Shown: positions 48,371 to 54,686 of the stretch, in pieces
Numbering within the stretch: position 1 is the stretch's first letter
Layout: every line of letters begins with the position of its first letter
IMG/VR virus record: IMGVR_UViG_3300009182_005502
Span: 1 to 54,686 of that record
DNA from: a virus
Lineage: Duplodnaviria; Caudoviricetes
Strand: one strand, 5' to 3'
DNA: 54,686 nucleotides
Notes under the pieces: model-generated
Databases searched by the model: none
Seen by the model: only the letters and a program-made list of their open reading frames with translations
Told to the model about the DNA's origin: nothing
Made by a program: the position numbers and the translations under genes

Positions 48371-49627
48371 TTAACTAACGTGATTAGGTGTTATCTCACC
48401 TGTCAGGCGTTCGCACCAGCCCTTAGATCTTGAATGCGGCCAAACAACCCAGTGATGAGGTATTTCAGCACACTGAAACTCTCTCCACACCTTACAATAC
48501 CCATCAGGATCTCTAAAGTATTGTTGAATCTCCTCTTCATTAGCGTCTTTTCGATAAAGATCTTTATTATCTTTATCATGAAAGGCAACAACCCAGAAGT
48601 CGTAATCTTTTTCTGGTACACTATCATATCCAACATCTATACAATGTTTAAATATACTTAAAAACGATTCCTCGTATGCCTTTTTATTTACATATCTCGG
48701 ATTAGGAGGAAGTTCATGTGAAAGGGTATATTGTTGTACTGACCTCTTTTTAAAGGATAATCCAGCATACGCTTCATAATCCTCCAAGGTTCTTACTTTA
48801 CCGAATCCGTACACTCCAAAGCTAGTATCTCTTACTTCACCATCCATTCCAAATAACTTTCTATTTTTTAAATGACAAAAAGCATTTCTTGCACCCCACT
48901 CCTTGTCGTCATCCCACTGCTTTGTTCTTCCTTTTCTAGTATACTCATGCCAGGCAATAACCTTATGAGGATGAAATAGGTCGTAACCGTTAGTAAATGC
49001 TCGTACAGCTATAGAAATTTCTTCACCATGAAAGTAATAATCAGGATCATGAGGTACTTCCTTACAAAATTGTCCAAGTGTAAAACAAAAATGGGCTGAA
49101 TAGAATCTTGAAGGAATTGGAGATTTAAGTTCTTTAAAATTGTCTATCGACGCTGGTAAGAAAAAAACAGCACCTTCAGGTATAAACCGATCAAAGGTCA
49201 TCTTCCAAGGTACATGTATTCTTTCAGCAGGATCGTTTTCAGGGTTATAACTTGGTATATAACCAGTGAGTAAAGGTTTTTTGTGACCCTTCTTCTGTAA
49301 ATCCTTTATCATCTTAATAAGCTCAGCATCCCAATTTTTTGTAAATCTATGATGACTATCTAACTGTAGAGTATATTTTTCTCCATTATACTTTTGCTGA
49401 ATTAAACTTCTAGCCCAACAGGCTCCCTTACTATCCTTAAAAGGTACATCAATTATCTTAAATCTTGGATCTTTACGATATTTGTTTAATGCCTTTTTAT
49501 CATCGTATTGATTACAAATACATATTACTAAATTGTCAGGATACTTAGCGTTTGCTAACATGTCCTTTAACGTTGGAAGTAATTCAGGATCTCTATAAGC
49601 TGCTATTTGTACAAAAATTTTGTTCAT
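48371..49627 (-). CDS. GT60-family GlcNAc transferase (Skp1/mucin-type O-GlcNAc transferase-like)
   Basis: IFVQIAAYRD, SKGACWAR, LQLDSHHRF..WD, YFHGEEI..R.FT.GYD, WHEY. Confidence 0.85.
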   Translation of the reverse strand: MNKIFVQIAAYRDPELLPTLKDMLANAKYPDNLVICICNQYDDKKALNKYRKDPRFKIIDVPFKDSKGACWARSLIQQKYNGEKYTLQLDSHHRFTKNWDAELIKMIKDLQKKGHKKPLLTGYIPSYNPENDPAERIHVPWKMTFDRFIPEGAVFFLPASIDNFKELKSPIPSRFYSAHFCFTLGQFCKEVPHDPDYYFHGEEISIAVRAFTNGYDLFHPHKVIAWHEYTRKGRTKQWDDDKEWGARNAFCHLKNRKLFGMDGEVRDTSFGVYGFGKVRTLEDYEAYAGLSFKKRSVQQYTLSHELPPNPRYVNKKAYEESFLSIFKHCIDVGYDSVPEKDYDFWVVAFHDKDNKDLYRKDANEEEIQQYFRDPDGYCKVWREFQCAEIPHHWVVWPHSRSKGWCERLTGEITPNHVS

Positions 49628-49636
49628 ATTTTTATC

Positions 49637-49644
49637 TATTTATA
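49637..49644 (-). promoter_or_regulatory. T4 late promoter TATAAATA
   Basis: Perfect consensus 9 nt before ATG 49627, heading the glycosylation operon. Confidence 0.75.
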
Positions 49645-49674
49645 ATTGTGTTTAAATAGTTGCTACTGTAAAAG

Positions 49675-49746
49675 TGGAACCGGTGGGACTCGAACCCACA
49701 ACCAATAGATTAAAAGTCTACTGCTCTACCATTGAGCTACGATTCC
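49675..49746 (-). tRNA. tRNA-Lys(TTT)
   Basis: Cloverleaf GGAATCG..GTAGA-CTTTTAA-TCTAT..GTTCGA..CGGTTCC-A; CCA not encoded. Confidence 0.95.
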
Positions 49747-49751
49747 TCTTC

Positions 49752-49825
49752 CGGAGTTGACGGGGCTCGAACCCGCAACCCCCGCCGTGACAGGGCGGTG
49801 CTCTGACCAATTGAGCTACAACTCC
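49752..49825 (-). tRNA. tRNA-Asp(GTC)
   Basis: GGAGTTG..CCGCC-CTGTCAC-GGCGG..CAACTCC-G; CCA not encoded. Confidence 0.95.
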
Positions 49826-49834
49826 AAAAATTTG

Positions 49835-49910
49835 TGGTACACCCGGCAGGGATCGAACCTGCGACCAAGGGTTTAGAAAACCCCTGCTCTATCCACTGAG
49901 CTACGAGTGC
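49835..49910 (-). tRNA. tRNA-Arg(TCT)
   Basis: GCACTCG..GGGGT-TTTCTAA-ACCCT..CGGGTGT-ACCA. Confidence 0.92.
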
Positions 49911-50113
49911 TTTTTAAAAAGATTTAAAATGCCTTTTTGACGATCAATTTCTTGTATAAAGCCCTCGTCTTCAAGATAGTTACGAAGAACTTCGTATTCT
50001 GTTTCTTCTATAATACCTTTACTTTCGATAGATACGTTTGTACCTTCTACACTGCAGACAAATTCGTGACCTTTAAATTTTATATAAAATGCGTAATCAG
50101 AATGTTGTTTCAT
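49901..50113 (-). CDS. Hypothetical protein inside the tRNA array
   Basis: 70-aa ORF filling the inter-tRNA gap; its last 10 nt overlap the 5' end of tRNA-Arg. Confidence 0.6.
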   Translation of the reverse strand: MKQHSDYAFYIKFKGHEFVCSVEGTNVSIESKGIIEETEYEVLRNYLEDEGFIQEIDRQKGILNLFKKHS

Positions 50114-50123
50114 TTGTTTAAAT

Positions 50124-50199
50124 TGGTACCTGTGGTCGGATTCGAACCGACACTGGAAGGATTTTAAGTCCTCTGTCTCTGCCGTTGGACTACACAGGC
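50124..50199 (-). tRNA. tRNA-Leu(TAA) with short variable loop
   Basis: GCCTGTG..GAGGA-CTTAAAA-TCCTT-CCAGT-GTCGG-TTCGAAT-CCGAC-CACAGGT-ACCA. Confidence 0.9.
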
Positions 50200-50205
50200 A
50201 TATTG

Positions 50206-50376
50206 TTAGGGAAGCTCTTCTTCAGGAGGATCAATCAGATCTTTAATCTCAGATTGTATTCTTTTAATTTCTTCATTAAAGCTCTTTGCAGATGCTTTTT
50301 TACGTGTTTTCATTTCTTCCAAATCAATACAGAGTTGAAATACTTTTGCTTCAGTTGATGTTATTGTTTCTTCCAT
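50206..50376 (-). CDS. Small coiled-coil protein
   Basis: Start moved to ATG 50376 (MEETITS) because the longer ORF overlaps a tRNA. Confidence 0.65.
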   Translation of the reverse strand: MEETITSTEAKVFQLCIDLEEMKTRKKASAKSFNEEIKRIQSEIKDLIDPPEEELP

Positions 50377-50390
50377 AATTTTTTTATTAG

Positions 50391-50463
50391 TGCCCCCGGA
50401 GGGATTTGAACCCCCAACCAATCAGTTATGAGCCGACTGCTCTGACCATTGAGCTACAAGGGC
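50391..50463 (-). tRNA. tRNA with CAT anticodon (Ile2 more likely than Met)
   Basis: GCCCTTG..GTCGG-CTCATAA-CTGAT..CGGGGGC-A; lacks the initiator C1 mismatch and GGG/CCC anticodon stem. Confidence 0.88.
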
Positions 50464-50477
50464 GTTATTGTTAAAAT

Positions 50478-50506
50478 ATAGTATATAATACTCCTGAAGT
50501 AAGCAA
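50478..50506 (-). promoter_or_regulatory. Sigma70-type promoter TTGCTT-N17-TACTAT
   Basis: Ends 14 nt upstream of the tRNA(CAT) 5' end. Confidence 0.6.
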
Positions 50507-50581
50507 GAGAATAAGCAAAATAATTACAAAATAATTTTGAATAAAGATTCTAATGCAGTTTAGTTTAATCATTACAGTATA

Positions 50582-50623
50582 CTCCGGGAACTAAAAGTTG
50601 ACGCAAGACTTCTGTCCCCGGAG
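50582..50623 (-). other. GC-rich hairpin of about 16 bp just downstream of tRNA-Asn
   Basis: CTCCGGGGAC-AGAAGT pairs with ACTTTT-A-GTTCCCGGAG; no U-tract follows. Confidence 0.55.
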
Positions 50624-50640
50624 CTGGCGCACTGGTTGAG

Positions 50641-50715
50641 TGGCTCCCAAAGCTGGATTCGAACCAACAACATGCGCATTAACAGTGCGCTGCTCTACCG
50701 TTGAGCTATTTGGGA
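50641..50715 (-). tRNA. tRNA-Asn(GTT)
   Basis: TCCCAAA..GCGCA-CTGTTAA-TGCGC..TTTGGGA-GCCA. Confidence 0.95.
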
Positions 50716-50722
50716 TCATAAA

Positions 50723-50995
50723 TTAGCCTCCTGCTATGGCTGGCACAATGGAAATAATGTCAGTGGCTTGAATGGGAGTTTCTTTATTTTGAAGAAAACG
50801 AATGTCTTCATCATTTACAAAAATATTAATAAATCTACGAACATCGCCGTTTTCATCAAAAATTCTTTCCTGAATATCAGGATACGAAAGACAAAGAAGC
50901 TGTAAACACTCATCAAGTGTTTTACCAAAAGACTTTATCTCCTCGCTTCCTCCTACAAGTTTACGAAGTGGTACTGGTATTCTTATTGTTGACAT
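50723..50995 (-). CDS. MoaD/ThiS-family ubiquitin-like sulfur carrier
   Basis: IRIPVPLR, RRFINIFVNDEDIRFL, C-terminal IVPAIAGG. Confidence 0.92.
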   Translation of the reverse strand: MSTIRIPVPLRKLVGGSEEIKSFGKTLDECLQLLCLSYPDIQERIFDENGDVRRFINIFVNDEDIRFLQNKETPIQATDIISIVPAIAGG

Positions 50996-51007
50996 ATTTT
51001 TTAAAAT

Positions 51008-51101
51008 TGGTACTGGGTGTGGGAATCGAACCCACGCTCGTCGCTAATCTGGCGAACACAGTTTATAAGGCTGTCGGTGCTTCCATTTACACTAACCCAG
51101 T
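51008..51101 (-). tRNA. 94-nt tRNA with TAT anticodon (nominally Ile) and long variable arm
   Basis: ACTGGGT/ACCCAGT-ACCA acceptor, GTGT/GCAC D stem, ACAGC-CTTATAA-ACTGT, TCGC/GCGA variable stem, GTGGG-TTCGATT-CCCAC. Confidence 0.85.
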
Positions 51102-51150
51102 GTAAAGAAGTCATATTCGTTCAGCTATTATAATACTGTGATTAGTCATC

Positions 51151-51651
51151 TTAATAATTAAAATATAGCTGATTATCGTCCATATTGCAAGAGCCATTAT
51201 CGTTCTCCCATGGAAATACTAACCATTCCTCGGTACTATACTCACGGACATACAAGTTTGGAACAAAAGATGTACCTGTCTTGATATAAAGAGTAGCAAA
51301 CCGTAGATTGACCTTTTTATGAGTAAAATAACGCTTAATAAAATCTAATGTCTTACCCTTATCGGCAAGATCGTCAACAATTAAAATAGTAGCATTACCT
51401 GAAAATGTTTTTACAAAATGCTCTTCAGGTACTTGCCACAATTTAAACGCTTCTGGAATATCTCTATCATCGTAAGATTGTAATTGAAAATTATTAATAA
51501 CCTTAACACCTAGTTTATAGCTAAGAAGGGTAGCAGGAATAAGACCACCTCTGCCTACCCCAATTATAGCATCAACGTTTTTTATATTACTTGCAAGTAC
51601 ATCAATATCTTCGTGTACTTGATTCCAACTAATATAAGTTCGCATTATCAA
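51151..51651 (-). CDS. Purine phosphoribosyltransferase (Gpt-like)
   Basis: RGGLIPA, PRPP-binding ILIVDDLADKGKT, WLVFPWE. Confidence 0.88.
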   Translation of the reverse strand: MIMRTYISWNQVHEDIDVLASNIKNVDAIIGVGRGGLIPATLLSYKLGVKVINNFQLQSYDDRDIPEAFKLWQVPEEHFVKTFSGNATILIVDDLADKGKTLDFIKRYFTHKKVNLRFATLYIKTGTSFVPNLYVREYSTEEWLVFPWENDNGSCNMDDNQLYFNY

Positions 51652-51872
51652 TTACTGCGCTCTCGGTTTGCCCGAGCTTCAGCTTTCATAAATTTCCAAG
51701 CTTTAGTAAGCTTCTTAGCCTTACGTTTTTGAACTTGTGCAGCTGTTTCAAAGGATCGCTTCCGGCGAACATCATCGATGATGCCTTCCTTATCAACTTT
51801 AGCCTTTAAGCGTTTAAGAGCTCGATCAATAGGCTCTCCTTTACGAACGTGTACGGTAATATTTACAGACAT
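51648..51872 (-). CDS. rpsU: Ribosomal protein bS21
   Basis: VRKGEPIDRALKRLK..V..EGII.DVRRKRSFE followed by a basic tail. Confidence 0.9.
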   Translation of the reverse strand: MSVNITVHVRKGEPIDRALKRLKAKVDKEGIIDDVRRKRSFETAAQVQKRKAKKLTKAWKFMKAEARANRERSN

Positions 51873-51892
51873 ATTATTATATTATATCAGTA

Positions 51893-52963
51893 TTACTTTT
51901 TTGCAAATGGATCTGGTGCACGATAGGCAAAATCAGGTCCCTTGAAGAAGATTTCTGAAGCTCCGTGATTGAGCTGTAGACGTGTAATGTCATCAAGTGA
52001 TGCGTGTGAAGTGCAGTGGGTCAGACGATTAAAGAAGTCGTAAGCATTCACGTTAGAGTTAGCAGAGGCCAACCAACGCTTGTTCTTATAACGAAGCTTT
52101 TCCTCACGATATGCTTCCTTAATCTCTCCATCATCAAAATAAGTCTTAGCAAGCTCAGCCGAGCGACCCATAAGGATGTTACGAGCATTATAGAACTCAC
52201 GAAGTGATGCATTCGTATTCTTAAGACGTCCGCAATTAGCACGAACTGTTCCTGTAAGATCTTCATCAAGAACCTTATTAATAAGCTTAGTAAACGAGTT
52301 CTGCTTAAGTTCACGACTCTGGAAATAACGCTGATTAACCATATGGGTTGCTGTCATTCCGTTTGTACAAATCAAACGAAGGAAGTAAGGAAGAATTTGA
52401 GTCTTACCTTCCCCGTAATTAAAACCAAATCCAGAATCCCAAAGATCTTGACCGTCTCCAAAAGTATCAATCTTGTTTTCAAGATGACGAATTTGAGTCT
52501 CAATTTGAAGAGTCTGAGGATTAAAATAAAGCCCTTGAAGCTTAATGTCGTCACTCTTGTCAGCAAGATATGAATGCATCAACTCAAGACCTTTATTAAG
52601 CTCAAGAGGACGCTCCTCTTCAATAGCAGAATCAATAAAGCGTACAATTGTACCACTATTATTTTCTCCACAACGAACAGCTGTAATAGTGGAACGATCT
52701 TTCTTAATATTAGCCAAGCAGTGCTGGAGAGGCTCCCACTGATCCTTATCATCCTTAATCTCTTCGACAAGCTTCTCTTTAATTGAGAAAATGTTGAGAA
52801 GGTCTTTAAGAGCGGTTTCAGCTACTGGAGTCTGCCCGTAGTAAAAACTCTGACCGGATTTACGTACCTCACCAAGATGTACGGGCGTCTTGCGATACTG
52901 ATTAATTTGTTGATTTACAATTGTGGTGCTAGACTCGAAGTCTTGAAGTAGTTGTGTATTCAT
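51893..52963 (-). CDS. DUF932-like phage protein
   Basis: LRLICTNGM motif; N-A-Y-D-F-F-N..T..SH C-terminal motif; highly-expressed-type codon usage. Confidence 0.65.
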   Translation of the reverse strand: MNTQLLQDFESSTTIVNQQINQYRKTPVHLGEVRKSGQSFYYGQTPVAETALKDLLNIFSIKEKLVEEIKDDKDQWEPLQHCLANIKKDRSTITAVRCGENNSGTIVRFIDSAIEEERPLELNKGLELMHSYLADKSDDIKLQGLYFNPQTLQIETQIRHLENKIDTFGDGQDLWDSGFGFNYGEGKTQILPYFLRLICTNGMTATHMVNQRYFQSRELKQNSFTKLINKVLDEDLTGTVRANCGRLKNTNASLREFYNARNILMGRSAELAKTYFDDGEIKEAYREEKLRYKNKRWLASANSNVNAYDFFNRLTHCTSHASLDDITRLQLNHGASEIFFKGPDFAYRAPDPFAKK

Positions 52964-52973
52964 TTCGTTATTG

Positions 52974-53001
52974 ATTATGGCGAGTTAAATTAGGAATGCA
53001 A
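52974..53001 (-). promoter_or_regulatory. Sigma70-type promoter TTGCAT-N16-CATAAT
   Basis: -10 box ends 10 nt before ATG 52963. Confidence 0.55.
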
Positions 53002-53008
53002 GAAGAAT

Positions 53009-53281
53009 TTAGGAAATCTTTTTAAATTTCTTTTTTGCTTCATCGAGGTTTTGAAATGTCCAGCCTTGAACACCCCAAAGGGAAGTACTTGGATAAGTTT
53101 CAGCAGCAGCAATTTTTGAACCATTAAGTTCGTATCCATTGTGACTGCCGATTTTTACAACTTCGTACGAAACGTTAGTCTGACCTGTTTTACTTTGCTT
53201 GTATATAGCCTTGTTTTTTTCACGTACAATTTCTGTATACGTAAAACCCTTTTTATTGAATTTTTTATCTAGTTTTTTCAT
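53009..53281 (-). CDS. Hypothetical phage protein
   Basis: ORF with AAGGAG Shine-Dalgarno; ETYPS...WG..GWT motif. Confidence 0.75.
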   Translation of the reverse strand: MKKLDKKFNKKGFTYTEIVREKNKAIYKQSKTGQTNVSYEVVKIGSHNGYELNGSKIAAAETYPSTSLWGVQGWTFQNLDEAKKKFKKIS

Positions 53282-53290
53282 TACTCCTTA

Positions 53291-53319
53291 ATTGTAGAGA
53301 GTATTGTAGGAACCGGCAA
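53291..53319 (-). promoter_or_regulatory. Sigma70-type promoter TTGCCG-N17-TACAAT
   Basis: -10 box ends 9 nt before ATG 53281. Confidence 0.6.
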
Positions 53320-53327
53320 ATACAAAA

Positions 53328-53714
53328 TTAACTATTACAAATACTAGTATCGTTGTTAGTGAAGTTAGGATCTATACTGGCGTTATACAGATAATCCTTT
53401 TCTAATAAAAGTTCCTTAGCTTGTTTTAAATTTTCATCTGTTGGATATTTTTCTAAAGACTCTTTCAACAGATTATTAATAACATCGTTAGCAGAAATAT
53501 CTTCTTCACAAGACATCTTAATAATCATTTCAAGAACTTCTTTAGGCCAATCTGCCATATCTAGTTCAATTCCAACATAAGGACGAAGCTCAATAGAACC
53601 GTCATCATGTATCTTAGTTTCAAATTTAGTTCCAGGGCCTGCTCCAATAGAGCTTAGCTCTTCTTTAGTAAACTGAATATAAACATCGTTAGTTAGTTGT
53701 AGTACTTTTTTCAT
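53328..53714 (-). CDS. Putative AbrB/MazE-like DNA-binding protein
   Basis: YIQFTKEEL..IG..PGTKF......GSIELRP matches the AbrB/SpoVT pattern. Confidence 0.55.
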   Translation of the reverse strand: MKKVLQLTNDVYIQFTKEELSSIGAGPGTKFETKIHDDGSIELRPYVGIELDMADWPKEVLEMIIKMSCEEDISANDVINNLLKESLEKYPTDENLKQAKELLLEKDYLYNASIDPNFTNNDTSICNS

Positions 53715-53721
53715 GTATCTT

Positions 53722-53750
53722 ATTATAGATTTCTTTTACCGAATAATCAA
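53722..53750 (-). promoter_or_regulatory. Sigma70-type promoter TTGATT-N17-TATAAT
   Basis: Perfect -10 box ending 7 nt before ATG 53714. Confidence 0.75.
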
Positions 53751-53764
53751 CAGTAGGCTTCATA

Positions 53765-53881
53765 TTAATATTCAATTCTAAACCAAAGCCATTCAATAAA
53801 CTTTCTCAGCTTATTACATCTTGTATCCATTACATAGTAAGAGTCTAGCTTTAATCTAAAGTCTGATCTATAAAATTTCAT
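53765..53881 (-). CDS. 38-aa ORF missing from the ORF track
   Basis: MKFYRSDFRLKLDSYYVMDTRCNKLRKFIEWLWFRIEY; ATGA overlap with the upstream stop. Confidence 0.5.
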   Translation of the reverse strand: MKFYRSDFRLKLDSYYVMDTRCNKLRKFIEWLWFRIEY

Positions 53882-54108
53882 ATATCAAAATCAACATGAT
53901 AAGATTCCATTAACTTATGAAGATCTTCTCTTACTCGAGCCATAGTATCAGTAAAAATTGGATCTTCATGATCTGATGGGTATTTGATAAAGTTTCTAAG
54001 ATACTGATCTAAATCCCAAAGAATAGAATAATACTTTCCAGCATTATTTGCAATATCAAATTCACTTTGCTCCTCAGGGAGATCAAATGTTAGGGTTGCT
54101 TTTGGCAT
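53878..54108 (-). CDS. Conserved hypothetical phage protein
   Basis: KATLTFDLPEE..F..A..LWDLDQYLR pattern common in phage ORFs. Confidence 0.7.
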   Translation of the reverse strand: MPKATLTFDLPEEQSEFDIANNAGKYYSILWDLDQYLRNFIKYPSDHEDPIFTDTMARVREDLHKLMESYHVDFDI

Positions 54109-54677
54109 ACTTTAATTAGTGTAAGCTCTTTTATTTGCTTTTCAAGCTTTACTACTCTTAAAGCTAAATCAGATGCTGCTTCTTCCCAAGAAGTCCCTTT
54201 CTTCACTTCCTTACATTTATTACAAGGACACTTCCAAGGCTTTTCTATTGTGTTGCCTTTCCAGTCAACAGGCTCTTCAACCCAAGATGTCTTCTTTCTA
54301 ACCTTATCTATAGTCTCTTCAATAGTAAGATCCTTTGCTTGTTCATGAATTAATGGATCGAGTCCCATCCAGTGAAGAGGGTACATAGGATGTTTTTGAG
54401 CTTTGAGTACAGCATAGTCATTCTTAAGAGTAAAGAGCTGATCTTGTAAATTTCTATTCACATCACTATCAATCTCATTAACTCTATCTATTAACTCAAC
54501 ATTTTCTTTCTTTAGCTTTTCAATCTCATCATCTTTCTCAAGAACATAATCTACAATATCTTTTTTTAGCTTTTCATTCTCTTCTTTCAAAGGTCTTAAC
54601 TGCAAAACTTCCTTTAAAAGCTCATTCCATTCTGCAGTTATATTAATCTTAGGCTTTGAGCCTTCTACTGTGATCAT
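54090..54677 (-). CDS. Hypothetical coiled-coil protein
   Basis: Heptad-rich N-terminal half, CPCNKC motif, duplicated TSW.E. Confidence 0.65.
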   Translation of the reverse strand: MITVEGSKPKINITAEWNELLKEVLQLRPLKEENEKLKKDIVDYVLEKDDEIEKLKKENVELIDRVNEIDSDVNRNLQDQLFTLKNDYAVLKAQKHPMYPLHWMGLDPLIHEQAKDLTIEETIDKVRKKTSWVEEPVDWKGNTIEKPWKCPCNKCKEVKKGTSWEEAASDLALRVVKLEKQIKELTLIKVCQKQP

Positions 54678-54686
54678 TATTACCTA

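Noticed and set aside
49835-49910. Possible amber suppressor tRNA (CTA appears in the loop) and TAG recoding
   Set aside because: The 5-bp stem GGGGT/ACCCT puts TCT at positions 34-36; TAG is used as a normal stop (e.g. 9090, 11039) and core genes are uninterrupted
50917-51105. ORFs overlapping tRNAs (50917..51105 +, 49937..50167 +, 5' part of 50206..50421)
   Set aside because: They are translations of tRNA sequence or its antisense (GIEPT, GFEPT, GGSNP patterns)
52016-52786. Cluster of short alternative-frame and antisense ORFs
   Set aside because: All are nested in 51893..52963, whose biased codon usage leaves other frames open; the same applies to other nested antisense ORFs such as 3768..4040, 7930..8208 and 29775..30041
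1-54686. Bacterial chromosome, prophage or eukaryotic giant virus origin
   Set aside because: gp43/46/47/55/61/UvsW/UvsY with TATAAATA late promoters, sigma70 promoters and bS21 indicate a T4-like bacteriophage; no integrase or host housekeeping operon was seen

Overview
An AT-rich 54.7 kb segment of a large T4-like (myovirus) phage genome that uses the standard genetic code. All protein calls are by-eye motif recognition, with no database searches. The replication/recombination core is present: family B DNA polymerase gp43, gp46, gp47, late sigma gp55, UvsW, UvsY and primase gp61. Accessory content is: (i) a split 7-deazaguanine DNA-modification pathway (TGT-fold DpdA3-like gene, PurN-like formyltransferase and P-loop kinase at the left edge; QueD, QueE and a second kinase at 31-33 kb), plus GMP reductase and a purine phosphoribosyltransferase; (ii) a heme oxygenase + PcyA-like bilin reductase cassette; (iii) two large glycosylation islands totalling about 24 glycosyl/methyltransferase and sugar-enzyme genes, one inserted between gp47 and gp46, the other headed by a GT60 gene behind a perfect TATAAATA late promoter; (iv) late-promoter genes sharing a capsid-targeting/protease-cleavage-like N-terminus, including two tandem nucleotidyltransferases; (v) seven tRNAs, including a long-variable-arm tRNA(UAU) and a short-arm tRNA-Leu(UAA), with a MoaD/ThiS ubiquitin-like gene inside the array and ribosomal protein bS21 nearby. 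Sigma70-type promoters sit only a few bases from start codons, suggesting leaderless or near-leaderless mRNAs. The bS21 and MoaD sequences hint at a PVC (Verrucomicrobia-like) host, which is inference only. No CRISPR array, integrase or IS element was seen.
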